The notes beneath the pieces were generated by a model. That model saw only the letters and a program-made list of their open reading frames with translations. It was not told the origin of the DNA and did not search any database. From the IMG/VR virus record IMGVR_UViG_3300025653_000045, positions 1-56,031 of that record: a DNA stretch of 56,031 nucleotides. One strand, written 5' to 3'. How positions within the stretch are numbered: the first letter of the stretch is position 1; every line of letters begins with the position of its first letter. This document shows positions 46,701 through 54,734 of the stretch, piece after piece. This DNA is from a virus (taxonomy: Duplodnaviria; Caudoviricetes). A program made the translations under genes and the position numbers.

Positions 46701-46857
46701 CTTTTTTTTTTGACTCTTCGAGTATACCGCTGGCGTAGTTCTTTATCTCGTCGTAATCCAGCTCTGGATTTTCGAAGTACATCTCATTGGCGATCCACGA
46801 TGCGTTTCTGCCTTGAGAAAGGTAGTCTTGAATTTGTGCTTGAAGCTGTTCGTTCAT
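37732..46857 (-). CDS. Giant multidomain virion cargo/ejection protein
   Basis: 3041 aa, last of three genes after the tail module; polyvalent-protein-like domain mosaic. Confidence 0.75.
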   Translation of the reverse strand: MNEQLQAQIQDYLSQGRNASWIANEMYFENPELDYDEIKNYASGILEESKKKDSAESGEQTIQSITSVPSEEELASSLQTQAPEPVSPPDLSLKTIGDEFSNRFAQDQSSMFSDMMEQEEFSRKINEISANPDKSDAQKQADINNLFQSESRKQQLQLLSGYADEINERIGGADVDKEDYANKLYDKFGLAIPLDGDNRYNEITGFGGGWVDFLRDNAISLGTGAIDFLSGPISSGALLGPFAQAPLAVAEIFAPEQKKAVTRAVDQALADFTDDLRAEKTQYGTSITEKLAEIPEGEFNWGDAAEIFSRGTQTIGESSPYIVAAAFGPIGRLVSGSVAAQNTYIDSEREDYNRVQEGLEPIFEDTFSGNLARSGMAITDGSLTAVGGTIQSSAASMGFRALTKNPALKETAVQAFKKYVLMQGVADPILEGGVEALQETSRMVFEDALGNADYSKSDYTERVLENFLLGVVSTGAIATPGGVRTTLRAGAEVIRRPQAAANSVVEKNNMTSKDQQNIESLNKSQSFDNMMSSDFDKSRARNRADNERLYQMIAVRHPGTMKSINDIDLAVRQTQIKHKRAKEAGASEQELQAFTGEIFNLVNQRENLIAKHKGESMELTAEESSKLEDGRIAVKMEGLSEEVTALQEALNSAQEDLGGVGADPSQVDDLSARLEAAKQAKKDALRLMGEVEAKRRVLREEQGASATQAGPTEGLSKAAEEAFIAEQNLRNHLGMRPVAPKAEADAKPKAPEGVREATPEEYVNAMSRAFEVAKERGDKKFLQVSQVDLETAQSIVDGGGKLFVSEDGSAGAYVKGDGYMGGLFKSPDSELKGVSRPLQQVRRENGGTFFDAYGTDLERQYVQNGFRPVARIPFNEEYAPEGWNDADSPLKDKPDVVFFTPGRGKVGEGEVVSDYDAGMDIALQKVDEVKSRKAEPSPQAEPVAEPTPEQKAEQPQGESAIRGIQGQFDEYVAKEDGSAGITSMPGLTKKDVKLVNKFLVPHLKAIAGSNYKIVVHNTKESGDKASRKGGEVLGLMVENADGSLEIHLNSQRLAEARKAGKDPRAVIAEEVLHAAAIGPALRKAFKDNPQAVYDLIDGLEEIALKSGNPELVEQVKVKGEQYRKQRQAGEGEIKEEQALEYLTELVNYDASQPKLLDKVRVLINKFLKATLGKDAMLIQDISQADVVLKKLQRAIRTGEVLSVKSAAQDVNTERAALSPSRLPESTPFVVEMMTFKRDIDGGETDGKPMRMTFNGKWQFINWWKYKTNMGKGRGFRSYDYFKLVKEDGSTEPINADVMKNWKLKPPVYPEQKARAREEKNSAKRRLLSKFFETLNTERRKEQGQEPFMGTDYINALKRVLQEMPAEDVDYLNEQKETIMQDRGFEYEYEFAWEILYDYVELEEVEAAFNKMNEEFGIDDGDGITERAAIFTVDKIISTPDLSARHESQLENKAKYLCSVGSGTCAANDKVSLMQMESHVIKGMIGENPTLDQSVEVAAQALDVARQHILRNTGIDVADVDGSYNKGRDTVMNAVAEDPEVRMDPRAFGIVYDLLVAYTSNGSKIDPNLNLAIQLFASGVKRIQSGATDFIRPSRIEAIAKREQEGTLGYVRGDRANTMSNHLRDINEIVKRFTKDGVFDEKAFKEEALKRDADGKLALASMIGKDSVKLSELAAGNMGDKNAIPKDGHFRDQVNIFRGRFNLTDFSDGLVISEATRTSAIARLNALGASLNAMSSDAEIFAEIRKLKASGDNAIVGGARRVYNDLIGNEIEKLRQFDKETDLESTKLVKLVAKKMGLTPFQVQQIMYHDGIYSMSSYQGKPFVSDYKSAMERSAQSDFSMVDLDKAQSEQLTINFEEVDPQSEKIMPTPGRKLLTKQERASIDASESQLYRDRDKETATSMKVRGNEVNMSQLMVDDALATDATSRRILAKGINVEAGRKVGVRLNLNVMKNTGVPVQTVHDKSATGEALTYAPAVTVKNAELYVNQNAREKIVTFQENKFPMASVNGEFVASGTDLNYDGVRAKFNPFRHNVFVDMAGRPIKSAEEATIIGSDVFLRGKIEYYDMSDPVLDRGRIESEESRVKRTTRGPKYDKAVARFEGYAKGVLGMEFDSREKLEAEYDNMVISSEVAASESEVASNMAGAMERAAISVNTKKKMRDGVKRRKSQFSPDIRSKIVKDPRNYIIPQKLKELKKDVQDLTDKELLDIVNDEQLGAISMMNDNLSVLAQAERLARAVARGEADSIPDLIAEMGAMGTTAGRLLRHFREVKKSSPKGMVDIITAAVEAKGNSLNPEREAKLKDLAARMFQAQAEVEDLQTRAIKGERVSKELEDAVKRLKAVEREMDTFTNVVIERGWGELLGQVAQGNLLTTMSQVTNVVANAVNSVFDVGVDLTSAPVRAFSNSIAKLAGKEYDVDRQVSLSAYFYAMTHMGKNMIDTIDQVITGQDKDTTEWRQSRGMMPMRSLMAAISEGDIPPSQRAKLAFQGTFGVPAEVMFRMLSFGDTPFRKYFEDKNLYEQAKALGLEGEALTDFLKHPPRKNAERARTAGRRITFQEETGFSKGVNESISFIEQKLGAAMDVLPYVNGEQTAKALLRFMIPFRSTPANILLESATFASPVVAAARAASDLNKGDLDEASRNMAKGIIGAVVTETAVMLLAEGIMSGPVQWDEEEEKNLAYDQFPPTSINISALKRMLSGEDPAKQPDDEFVNYMKLGTPGALMAAVAVGYDKEELRERDYDGAIDFAKHMFSDMVGLGPLTAAGSMMEQSFLQGLNDFLQVLAGGNVERSAENLMNSVANVALSVPFPNQFSAIHRATREFMPDKRSTKDMDMGERMMKNIEYTIKERTFGGAEIPIRVDWKGNPIKQNPRGNVGWMYQLFDVTKLRQGEDDAVSQEIYRLMESTGNISKAVSTPSFAKKRKVSVPNISSNKERLALRAAGRDYSYLDDQKFVDSGVYFNTEQLNRLMAIAGKERYQQLEMLINSVDYQYMSDDERVEAMDQINDMYNSVKEYDGRQFKNHTLAVLDIIQEIYESGEQQEED

Positions 46858-46877
46858 GGTAAACGGCTGGTTTCAAG

Positions 46878-46885
46878 CAAAGATA
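46878..46885 (-). promoter_or_regulatory. -7 promoter element TATCTTTG
   Basis: 20 nt upstream of ATG 46857. Confidence 0.6.
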
Positions 46886-46897
46886 ATGAATCTTCTC

Positions 46898-48259
46898 TTA
46901 CTCTCCTTTGTTCTTGATTTCTTTTAGGAGCTTGAGCATATCTTCTTGACTCAATCCGATTGCTGCGGCTATCGCATCTTTAGCCTGATCACCTGGCTTA
47001 GGGTCAAATGGCATGACTATATCCTTTTCGCCATCAAAAATTACTACTGAGAATCCGCTACCACCTGCTTCTTGAGCATTAGGATTGTAGATGATCTTCT
47101 TTAAGCTACCCTCTTTACCTCCGTCAAGACCCACCTTGCCCTTTACTACCAACCCAGAAGTACCGCCTACAGACTCTTCAAGATCTCCTAAGTCAGTGTT
47201 AATGGTCAAGTTTCCGCCTCCGATCTGACCGATAAGACCATCAAGCTTCTTTGATGAAGATGATGAACTGGTAGTCTTTGGCTCCTCAACCTGTTGTAAG
47301 TCTCTCCATCCCTGCATCATCTCTAGCCAGTAGTCATACTGAGCTTGACTTATGTTGTCGAAGCCCTCAGAAGTTTTGGGGTGCTTGGCGAGCAGAGCTT
47401 GCACTTCTTCCGAAACTTCTGCCCCCTCTGGCTCTGGCCCAGTCAATCCAAGCTTCTCTCTTCTTCTTCTATCTGCTATAGCAGGGTTGTTAAGGACGTA
47501 GTTCAAGAACGCAGACTCAGCCTTTGTTTCAGTGTCGTAAGACCCCCATCTCTTTTCTTCAACCAGTGTCTTACCGTCCGTAACAGGGATGGGTTGCAGG
47601 TCAGGCTTACCTAGCTCAACGATAGCCTTCAAGTAGTCTTGTCTGCTTCCGTATTCGCTTACAGTCTGTCCGTTCTGGTCCACTACAGTGACCTTCCCGT
47701 CATCGCCTGTACGAACCTCTCCGTATCTGAGGGCGTCTGCAATCTTCATGGTCTCGTCAAAAGCAAGCGTGCCTGCCTTCGCGTTGTAGTATTCCACACC
47801 GTTAATCTCTTGGCTTACCGCCTGTCTTGGGTCGCCCCCTACCTTCATGAACAAGTCGTGCTCAAGAGATAACTTTTGCAGGTTAGCAACAGCCTCGTTG
47901 TAGATAGGCTCAAACTCGTTCATCTCCTTCTTAAGAGCAGCTACGTCAGAGTTAAAACGCTCTAGATCTGCAGCATTCAAGAAGTTGTAAGAACCCTCTG
48001 CATTGCCATTAATCTTATCCATGAGTTTCTGCGCATCGGCAGAGAACGCAGAGTTAGGACCTGAGTCTGACGTAAAGTCTGCATCTGGCACCAAGGCCTT
48101 TGCTTTCGCTTCGGTAGCCTTGAGGTCTTGAAACTGCTTTGCAAAGCCACTAGCCGCCTCTCCAAACCCAGCATAAGACTCCTCTATATTCTTGATGTAG
48201 TCTTGAGCATAAGGGGATTGAACCTTATTGAATCTGCTTGCTTGGAATCGATTAGACAT
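46898..48259 (-). CDS. Putative internal virion/ejection protein
   Basis: 453 aa helical protein between tail genes and the giant gene. Confidence 0.6.
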   Translation of the reverse strand: MSNRFQASRFNKVQSPYAQDYIKNIEESYAGFGEAASGFAKQFQDLKATEAKAKALVPDADFTSDSGPNSAFSADAQKLMDKINGNAEGSYNFLNAADLERFNSDVAALKKEMNEFEPIYNEAVANLQKLSLEHDLFMKVGGDPRQAVSQEINGVEYYNAKAGTLAFDETMKIADALRYGEVRTGDDGKVTVVDQNGQTVSEYGSRQDYLKAIVELGKPDLQPIPVTDGKTLVEEKRWGSYDTETKAESAFLNYVLNNPAIADRRRREKLGLTGPEPEGAEVSEEVQALLAKHPKTSEGFDNISQAQYDYWLEMMQGWRDLQQVEEPKTTSSSSSSKKLDGLIGQIGGGNLTINTDLGDLEESVGGTSGLVVKGKVGLDGGKEGSLKKIIYNPNAQEAGGSGFSVVIFDGEKDIVMPFDPKPGDQAKDAIAAAIGLSQEDMLKLLKEIKNKGE

Positions 48260-49394
48260 TCTTCTTGTTTTTCATTCTCTTAAACCAAGCTCTCAACTTC
48301 TTGTGTAGCTTAGTGTTGCCTCTGACTGACTCTTGCTCCCACTCTCCAAGATCTTTAGGAGACACAACTCCTTCTCCCCCCGACATCTCTCCAATCTTGA
48401 CGCCGTCTTTCATGATGTCGATAGGGTTGCTATCATGACTAAACTCACCAGGAGTTATTCCTCTCATAAGCATAGCTCCTTCTTCGAAGCTAAGCATCCT
48501 CCCCTCTATTCCGCTAGCGTCTTTGACAAGGCCGCCCTCTTCAGCAAAAAGCTCCTCATCTTCATCTGGAAGATTCAGAGTTGGCTGAGGCGTTACATTG
48601 ATTTGATTAAGCGCATCGAAAAGTCCTGGAACGCCCTGATCTGCAGTCACTGTCGTGCCACCTACATTTACGCTTCCAGTATCTCCTCCCCCTCCATCCA
48701 TCTGAGATGCAGCGATGTTAAAGCCATCAGAAATCATGCCAGTGATGCCTGAGGTGATGGCTTGAGACTGAGCTAACCTACCTCTGTTTTCGAGGGCCGC
48801 CGCTCCTGCTTCTGCGCCGAGTGCTTGCTCCCTGAGGTTTCTCGCTGAAGCTAGGTCTTGACCAGCCTGCTGGTACTTGTACGTTTCAACTTGCTGCTCG
48901 GCACCAGCGATTGTCTGCAACCCTGCTTTTCTTCTAGCCGACTCATCAGCTGCGATCTTAGCAAACCTATCTGCTGTACTGGCATCAACCTTGCTGAGTC
49001 CGCCAAGGAGAGCTCTTGCTCCACCCGTCTTGAGTGCTTGAACCTGTTCTGCCTCGGACCTTAATGCCTCTTGTCTCTGCAGATCGGCAGCAGGGTCTTC
49101 CATCACTGTCTTCCTGAGTTCATTGTATGTAGGTGCCAACCCATATTCTGACTGTCTCGCCAGAGCGTCTGCTATCTGAGTGTCCGCTTCTGCTTGAGCT
49201 TGTTGAGCCATCTCTCTGTCTAGCTCTGCTTGACGTTCAGCTGCTTTCTTTGCTTGACGTCCTTGGATTATACTGCCAAGACCTTTGGCGCCAGCAGCAA
49301 TAGCCATGAGTGTTATTGGCTCAATGAACTGAACGGTATTAGGGTCTGGCTCTCGGAAGATAACCTCCCATATAATCTGTAACACTTCTAGCAT
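48252..49394 (-). CDS. Putative internal virion/ejection protein
   Basis: A/G/Q-rich, hydrophobic N-terminus plus coiled coil, typical of podovirus ejection proteins. Confidence 0.65.
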   Translation of the reverse strand: MLEVLQIIWEVIFREPDPNTVQFIEPITLMAIAAGAKGLGSIIQGRQAKKAAERQAELDREMAQQAQAEADTQIADALARQSEYGLAPTYNELRKTVMEDPAADLQRQEALRSEAEQVQALKTGGARALLGGLSKVDASTADRFAKIAADESARRKAGLQTIAGAEQQVETYKYQQAGQDLASARNLREQALGAEAGAAALENRGRLAQSQAITSGITGMISDGFNIAASQMDGGGGDTGSVNVGGTTVTADQGVPGLFDALNQINVTPQPTLNLPDEDEELFAEEGGLVKDASGIEGRMLSFEEGAMLMRGITPGEFSHDSNPIDIMKDGVKIGEMSGGEGVVSPKDLGEWEQESVRGNTKLHKKLRAWFKRMKNKKNV

Positions 49395-49398
49395 TTTA

Positions 49399-49406
49399 CA
49401 AATATA
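49399..49406 (-). promoter_or_regulatory. -7 promoter element TATATTTG
   Basis: 4 nt before ATG 49394. Confidence 0.7.
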
Positions 49407-49407
49407 G

Positions 49408-52400
49408 TTATTGTCCGCCTATCGCGTCGTTAAGCGGTGAATTTTCAAAGTTTACGTTAATGGCGTAGATCTCTTCTGAATCGATTTCAATCGCAGACGC
49501 ACTCGGAGTGAACTCTGCGCTTATCACGGCATACCTATCTCTCAGCTTGTTTGCGTTATGCTGAACATTCGCAAAATCTTGAGCGACAAGTATGGTATCT
49601 CCTGAAGCGATAGGCGTGGAGGGATCAACGCCAGCACTCAATGTAATTGTAGATGTAGACCTACTCACTGATGCTATGTTGTGTGTGGTAGGCTGAATTA
49701 TTTGAGCCTCCCCATTGACGATCCAAAACACCTTTCCGTTAAGAGGAATGTTAATCCCCTTCAAGCTATTGGAAAACGTTATGTCTGCAGTGTCTACGGA
49801 GTCTATCTTACCAAGTGTCGTGTAGTAGATATCGTTGGGATCAGTCGGATAAGAAGACCCCGACGCAATCGCCCCCTCTATGTCTCCGTAAAAAGCACCC
49901 TCGACTTTTCTAAAAGAGAGGTCTTCAGTGATGTTGTTCTTGCTGTCTCTAAGAGAGACATCCCATTCAGAATTAGACTCAGTTGAAAGCGATCTAAACA
50001 CCTTAACCATAGACGGGTTTGCGTTTGCCACGACCTCTATTTTAGAGGCCACTGGTGTAGACGCTGTATTGAAGAATCTGTTCGATACGTTTCTGTCTGA
50101 GAATTCGTGCATGATGCTCCCTCCGCTGGACTTAAAGCCATAGAACGAATCCTTGAGAGAGGCGTATCTGTCTGGCATAAAAGTATAAGTACCCTGCCAG
50201 AATCCACCCTTCTCGTCATACCCAATAGTGTATCCATCAAAGGCGCCTACTGGAGAAAGAGTTGCGTAGTAGATGTCGTCTTCAGCGTCATACCCGCTAA
50301 TGATTGTCTTGCTCCCAGAGGCAGCCTCCCAAGAGATAATCTTGTCTGCGACCTGAGACTTTACGTCTTTGTCAGAAATGACCTGAAGGCCTTGGTTTGA
50401 GATCCTGACAATGGCTCTGCGCTCTGCATCCACGAAGTAAGATATACCATCCCTGATAAGGACAGACTCTGGATTCGTTGTACCGAAGTCGCCTGCGTAA
50501 GCGACCATGTTGTTGATCACTTTATTAGATAGCGCCACGACACCACCCTGAGTTCCCGTCTCAAGTACTGATTTGTTGATACTCAGTCTCGAAACCTTAT
50601 TCTCTTGTATTGCAAGGAGGTTGTCTCCCTGAGTGCCCAGGAAGCCGCAAGCACCATACTCCGACCGCAAGTCAAAGAAGTTTGCTTGAGAGGGAACGAA
50701 AGACGAGAGAGACAGCACGCTTGAATCATCAGCGTATGGCTCACTGTATGTGATGCCATTGTATCTATTGATAGTAGCCGCCCTCTCAAACGTTGTATGA
50801 GCCTTACCCTTGCCCCAAGCTTTTTCAGCTGAAGTCTCGTCTGGTTGCTCACACTCAAGAGCTTTTGTGCTATCTCCCCACCTGTTCAAGTCAGCGATAT
50901 TGTACGACCCTCCAACAACTACAGGTGTTCGGCATGTAACGTTCCTATACCTTACGTCTCCCTGAGTAAGCGCCAAGGCAGGCCCGTGATCTCCCTGCGG
51001 GGAAACTCCACCTTTCCTGAATCCAATTCTGGTTCTTTCTCCGATCTCATAGTAGATGGGAGTTTCAGAAGACTTCTTTGGCGTTAGTATCTCAATCAGA
51101 CACTCAGCCCCCCAGTAATTTAGAGAGTTAGGCGCAGTGCCGTCTGGGTATTCAAATGGAGTCGGCAAGGTAAGGCTACCGTTATCAGACCACCACTTCA
51201 CCATAGAATACCAGTCAAACCCGTCGTACTTAACCGCTCCTGAATCAACTCTTGGGGCCTTGAGCACTAGGAACTCACCTTGGGTTTGTGCTGTAGCTAG
51301 ATTCCACTGTATAGGGTTAGACCCTTTCCCCTCGAAGTAAGGTACTGATGCATCGAGGAACTCCACACCCATGACTTCAAACTCAATGGGGCCTCCATCG
51401 CTTGATGATGGGTAGTATGGATTACCAGCAGTGTCTTTGTAAGAAATAACCCTACATATATCACCTTTGGTGAAAGAGTACTCCCTTGCTGTAGATGTCT
51501 GATCCCTGAACTGCTTTAGTGTGTTAAGAGACACGAATATCCTGTGGTCAGAAGTGACAAGAATGTTGTTGGTTCCGTCGTACTCCTGAACGACGTACCC
51601 ACCCCCAGTTGTGTACTGCATCACGTTCGAAAACTGAGAGCCGCCATACACGATCTGGTAGCTTGTAGCCCAAGGGATCTCACTCTCTAGGCTAGCGTCA
51701 ACAGCGTCGGTGATATTCACCTTAACGGTTGCAGAACCCTTGCCCTCACTCGCAGCTCTCTCAGAGGGGTGTTTCACATACACAGATCCAAGCTCATTAA
51801 CGAAGCCTGACCTTCCCCACTTGTCGTAGTAAACGATACCAAACTCATGAGTAGATCCGTGCTTAAATGTACCTACTGTAGCAGAACCTCCTATGGATAT
51901 ATCTCTGCTAAGGATGTAATCAGGACTTCCATTGGTTGTCTCTGCGTTGTTTTCAATGTTTTGACCCGTGATGGAATTAAAAACTTCGAGGGTGCTTACG
52001 ACACCTGGGGAGCTGTTAGGTCTAGGCGGTATCGCGGGAGATATTGTTACTTGTTGAGTCTCTGTTATTCGGAGCCTCTGTACGTAAGGTATGATCTTAA
52101 AGGTGCCAGTCTTGTCTGTTGTCCCTACAGCGTCGAAGCAGATCAAAGCTTCAACCTTCAGCTGATCAGCGGTATACGAGTCCCCATTAGATATTAAGGA
52201 ATTAGGCGCACTTACGTTTTCAGCAAGAAGAGATACATTGGTCAGGGTCAAAGGAACACTTGCTACTGGAGCTTCTACGTTTAAGTAATTCTTTAATCCG
52301 TCAATGACATCTTGAACAGTATCATTCTCTGACGTCGTGTATGTCGCCCTAAAAGAAACTCTTTTTCCAGAAGGAATAGACAGTTTGTTTAAAAGGGTGT

Positions 52401-53919
52401 GGCCAAAAGAGATGTCATAGCTACCGCCAGAGGTGGTGCCACCATCTTCACTAAACTCAGCAGAAAGCTTCCAAAATCTAGGGTTGTTGGATGTTGATAA
52501 GTAGTTACCTTCAGGGTCGAAATCGAAACCTATGGACACCTCCGTACCGTTTGGGAGCACATCGCTTAGGGATGACACCGAAGTCGGCCAGTTAACAGCG
52601 TTTGAATCAAAAAGATCCACTATAACGGTTCCAAATCCAGTGGCAGTATCAATCGCAGTCTGGCCGCCAGTAAACGTCTCACTATCAGGATACTCTACAA
52701 CAAACGCTGGGTTTGCCACATAGTCCCCACCGAGGTCAAAATCATCCCCGTAAGAAACGGTGATTTCCGAAACTGTTCTTACTTCTGGAAAGTTTTTGTA
52801 CCCCTCTGTGTAGTTGGAGTACATCAGTCTGCTTCCAGAGATCGCCTGCCCCTGAGCCTTTTGTGGAACGTTGTCGTACAGCTTCCCAGATACTACGCTA
52901 GAAATGTTAGCGTAATAGCTGTCATTGTAGAACCTATACGTTTGCGTGTTTGCGTCGTAAACCTTTACATTGTTTTGACCGCCAACATCTCTGGTTTTGT
53001 CCTCGTTTGGATCGAATTCATCGATCATAAAGAAGGGCTCAGAGTTGCCAGATCTAGCCACAATCCTAACCTTAGCTACATCAATAAAATTCTCTCTTGT
53101 CGCTCCAGGGCCCCAAGGAATAGTGATGCTGCAAACATTCCCCTCAGTACTGTCCTTCGAGAAGGAACTTAGGTTTTTTGTTGATAGATACGGAGACACA
53201 GCCAGGTCAGAGAACGACGAGAAGGCTGACTCCTCACCATCCTTATATATGTACTGACAAGCAAACTGAAACGATTCTGACTTAAAGTTGTTTGCGTCAA
53301 ACCCCGAATCTGTCTCAAAAATAAAAGAAGGGCCTGTCTTTGGCTGAGCTTTTATAGCAGAAAGAACCAGATCAAGGTCTTGATTGCTCCCAACTGGAAA
53401 CGTAATTCCTCCGACCACATCCTCAGTATATTCGCCAGCAAGAGCCCTATCGACATTAATCTTTCTGGGAAGGTTGTAGTTGTCTGTAAAGTAGAGGGCA
53501 GTCGTAATAACTCCGTCTTGATTAAAGGCTTTGTTCAGTACGTCGCCCTTTACTGGGTAATCTTTGTTGAAGTTTAGATAGTTGTCGTCATCAGAAAAAA
53601 CCGTCTTCCACTCTTCTTCAGCCTGATCAAACATCATGATTCTGCTGTCAGAATCGTCTGAGTCATCGTAGACAAAGAAGTAAACTCTACCTCTCTGGTC
53701 ATCAGACACAGAACCAACTACCGTCCAATCAGCTGGAGGCGTAGGCTCATTAGTCGCCTTGTCGATCTCATTAGTGCCCTTCATGGGCTTGAGAATAGAG
53801 AAGCTACCATCCTCCCTTTCGGAGATGGTTACATTCTCTGCGAGGATCATCTCGTTGGGAGCGACCAATCGCTCATCTTTGTCCGTAACGAACTTTTTAG
53901 GAGTGAGCTTTTGAATCAT
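49408..53919 (-). CDS. Tail stabilisation/nozzle (muzzle) protein
   Basis: 1503 aa beta-rich; LYFTDNYNLPRKINV, YIYKDGEESAFS, FGIVYYDKWGR, FGTTNPES motifs as in crAss-like stabilisation proteins. Confidence 0.8.
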   Translation of the reverse strand: MIQKLTPKKFVTDKDERLVAPNEMILAENVTISEREDGSFSILKPMKGTNEIDKATNEPTPPADWTVVGSVSDDQRGRVYFFVYDDSDDSDSRIMMFDQAEEEWKTVFSDDDNYLNFNKDYPVKGDVLNKAFNQDGVITTALYFTDNYNLPRKINVDRALAGEYTEDVVGGITFPVGSNQDLDLVLSAIKAQPKTGPSFIFETDSGFDANNFKSESFQFACQYIYKDGEESAFSSFSDLAVSPYLSTKNLSSFSKDSTEGNVCSITIPWGPGATRENFIDVAKVRIVARSGNSEPFFMIDEFDPNEDKTRDVGGQNNVKVYDANTQTYRFYNDSYYANISSVVSGKLYDNVPQKAQGQAISGSRLMYSNYTEGYKNFPEVRTVSEITVSYGDDFDLGGDYVANPAFVVEYPDSETFTGGQTAIDTATGFGTVIVDLFDSNAVNWPTSVSSLSDVLPNGTEVSIGFDFDPEGNYLSTSNNPRFWKLSAEFSEDGGTTSGGSYDISFGHTLLNKLSIPSGKRVSFRATYTTSENDTVQDVIDGLKNYLNVEAPVASVPLTLTNVSLLAENVSAPNSLISNGDSYTADQLKVEALICFDAVGTTDKTGTFKIIPYVQRLRITETQQVTISPAIPPRPNSSPGVVSTLEVFNSITGQNIENNAETTNGSPDYILSRDISIGGSATVGTFKHGSTHEFGIVYYDKWGRSGFVNELGSVYVKHPSERAASEGKGSATVKVNITDAVDASLESEIPWATSYQIVYGGSQFSNVMQYTTGGGYVVQEYDGTNNILVTSDHRIFVSLNTLKQFRDQTSTAREYSFTKGDICRVISYKDTAGNPYYPSSSDGGPIEFEVMGVEFLDASVPYFEGKGSNPIQWNLATAQTQGEFLVLKAPRVDSGAVKYDGFDWYSMVKWWSDNGSLTLPTPFEYPDGTAPNSLNYWGAECLIEILTPKKSSETPIYYEIGERTRIGFRKGGVSPQGDHGPALALTQGDVRYRNVTCRTPVVVGGSYNIADLNRWGDSTKALECEQPDETSAEKAWGKGKAHTTFERAATINRYNGITYSEPYADDSSVLSLSSFVPSQANFFDLRSEYGACGFLGTQGDNLLAIQENKVSRLSINKSVLETGTQGGVVALSNKVINNMVAYAGDFGTTNPESVLIRDGISYFVDAERRAIVRISNQGLQVISDKDVKSQVADKIISWEAASGSKTIISGYDAEDDIYYATLSPVGAFDGYTIGYDEKGGFWQGTYTFMPDRYASLKDSFYGFKSSGGSIMHEFSDRNVSNRFFNTASTPVASKIEVVANANPSMVKVFRSLSTESNSEWDVSLRDSKNNITEDLSFRKVEGAFYGDIEGAIASGSSYPTDPNDIYYTTLGKIDSVDTADITFSNSLKGINIPLNGKVFWIVNGEAQIIQPTTHNIASVSRSTSTITLSAGVDPSTPIASGDTILVAQDFANVQHNANKLRDRYAVISAEFTPSASAIEIDSEEIYAINVNFENSPLNDAIGGQ

Positions 53920-54734
53920 CCCTTAGGCGCTTGCTTGTAGTTCTTTCTAATCGTTCTGAGGGCTTCCTCTTTCGTGAAGGACTTCATGCGAGCGTTTGCT
54001 TTTCTTCTCTCGTTGTAGTACTCAGCCCTTGCTCTCGCCTTCTCGTTGGCTGGAACTGCAGCCTTTCTTTCGATCATCTTGTAGTACATGTAAGACAACA
54101 GAGCTTCCTCTGCGTACACATGAACCTGAGGGTTTGAAGATCTAGCTTCGTCAGCTACGTACTCAATGACGACATCGCTGATGTCAGAGTTGCTCTTCAG
54201 TTCGAGTCTGTTCTGATCGAGGTTGACTCTGAACTCACCTTGGTATCTACCGCCTCCGTATCCGTACAGCTGACCATCTCCGTTGCCGTACACGTAGTTC
54301 CTAAAGACGTATGATCCAAAGCCGTCGTCTGTAGTTCCTCCCGTAGTTCCGTTTGTAGCCTTCTTGTCGTCTACCCTCTCATTAAGTCCATCGTTATTAG
54401 AGTCATACGTCTGACCGCCTGTCTCTGCATACTTCTGAGAGTAGTTGATGTTTTTGTTTTCACCAAGCACGTAGACCAGTCCGTCACCACCAACGACACC
54501 AACCTTGCTCCAATCGACGTAATCGTCTGGGAGCTCAACCGTATTGTTGGCTGTATTGACAGACAGCTTCAGAGATCTAATAACCTTAAGCATGTCAAAG
54601 CCGAGTTCTCTTACACCCCTTAGAGCGAAGTTCTTTACAGCGGCGTCGCTGACATGGGCGGCAAAGTCATTACCGTCCAAGCTTAGCATGAAGTCATTGA
54701 TGACTTGTTGAAGTGGTACGTAATTTCTAGCCAT
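53916..54734 (-). CDS. Tail ring/adaptor protein
   Basis: LPDDYVDWSKV motif; position before the nozzle gene. The in-frame ATG is at 54733. Confidence 0.7.
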   Translation of the reverse strand: MARNYVPLQQVINDFMLSLDGNDFAAHVSDAAVKNFALRGVRELGFDMLKVIRSLKLSVNTANNTVELPDDYVDWSKVGVVGGDGLVYVLGENKNINYSQKYAETGGQTYDSNNDGLNERVDDKKATNGTTGGTTDDGFGSYVFRNYVYGNGDGQLYGYGGGRYQGEFRVNLDQNRLELKSNSDISDVVIEYVADEARSSNPQVHVYAEEALLSYMYYKMIERKAAVPANEKARARAEYYNERRKANARMKSFTKEEALRTIRKNYKQAPKG

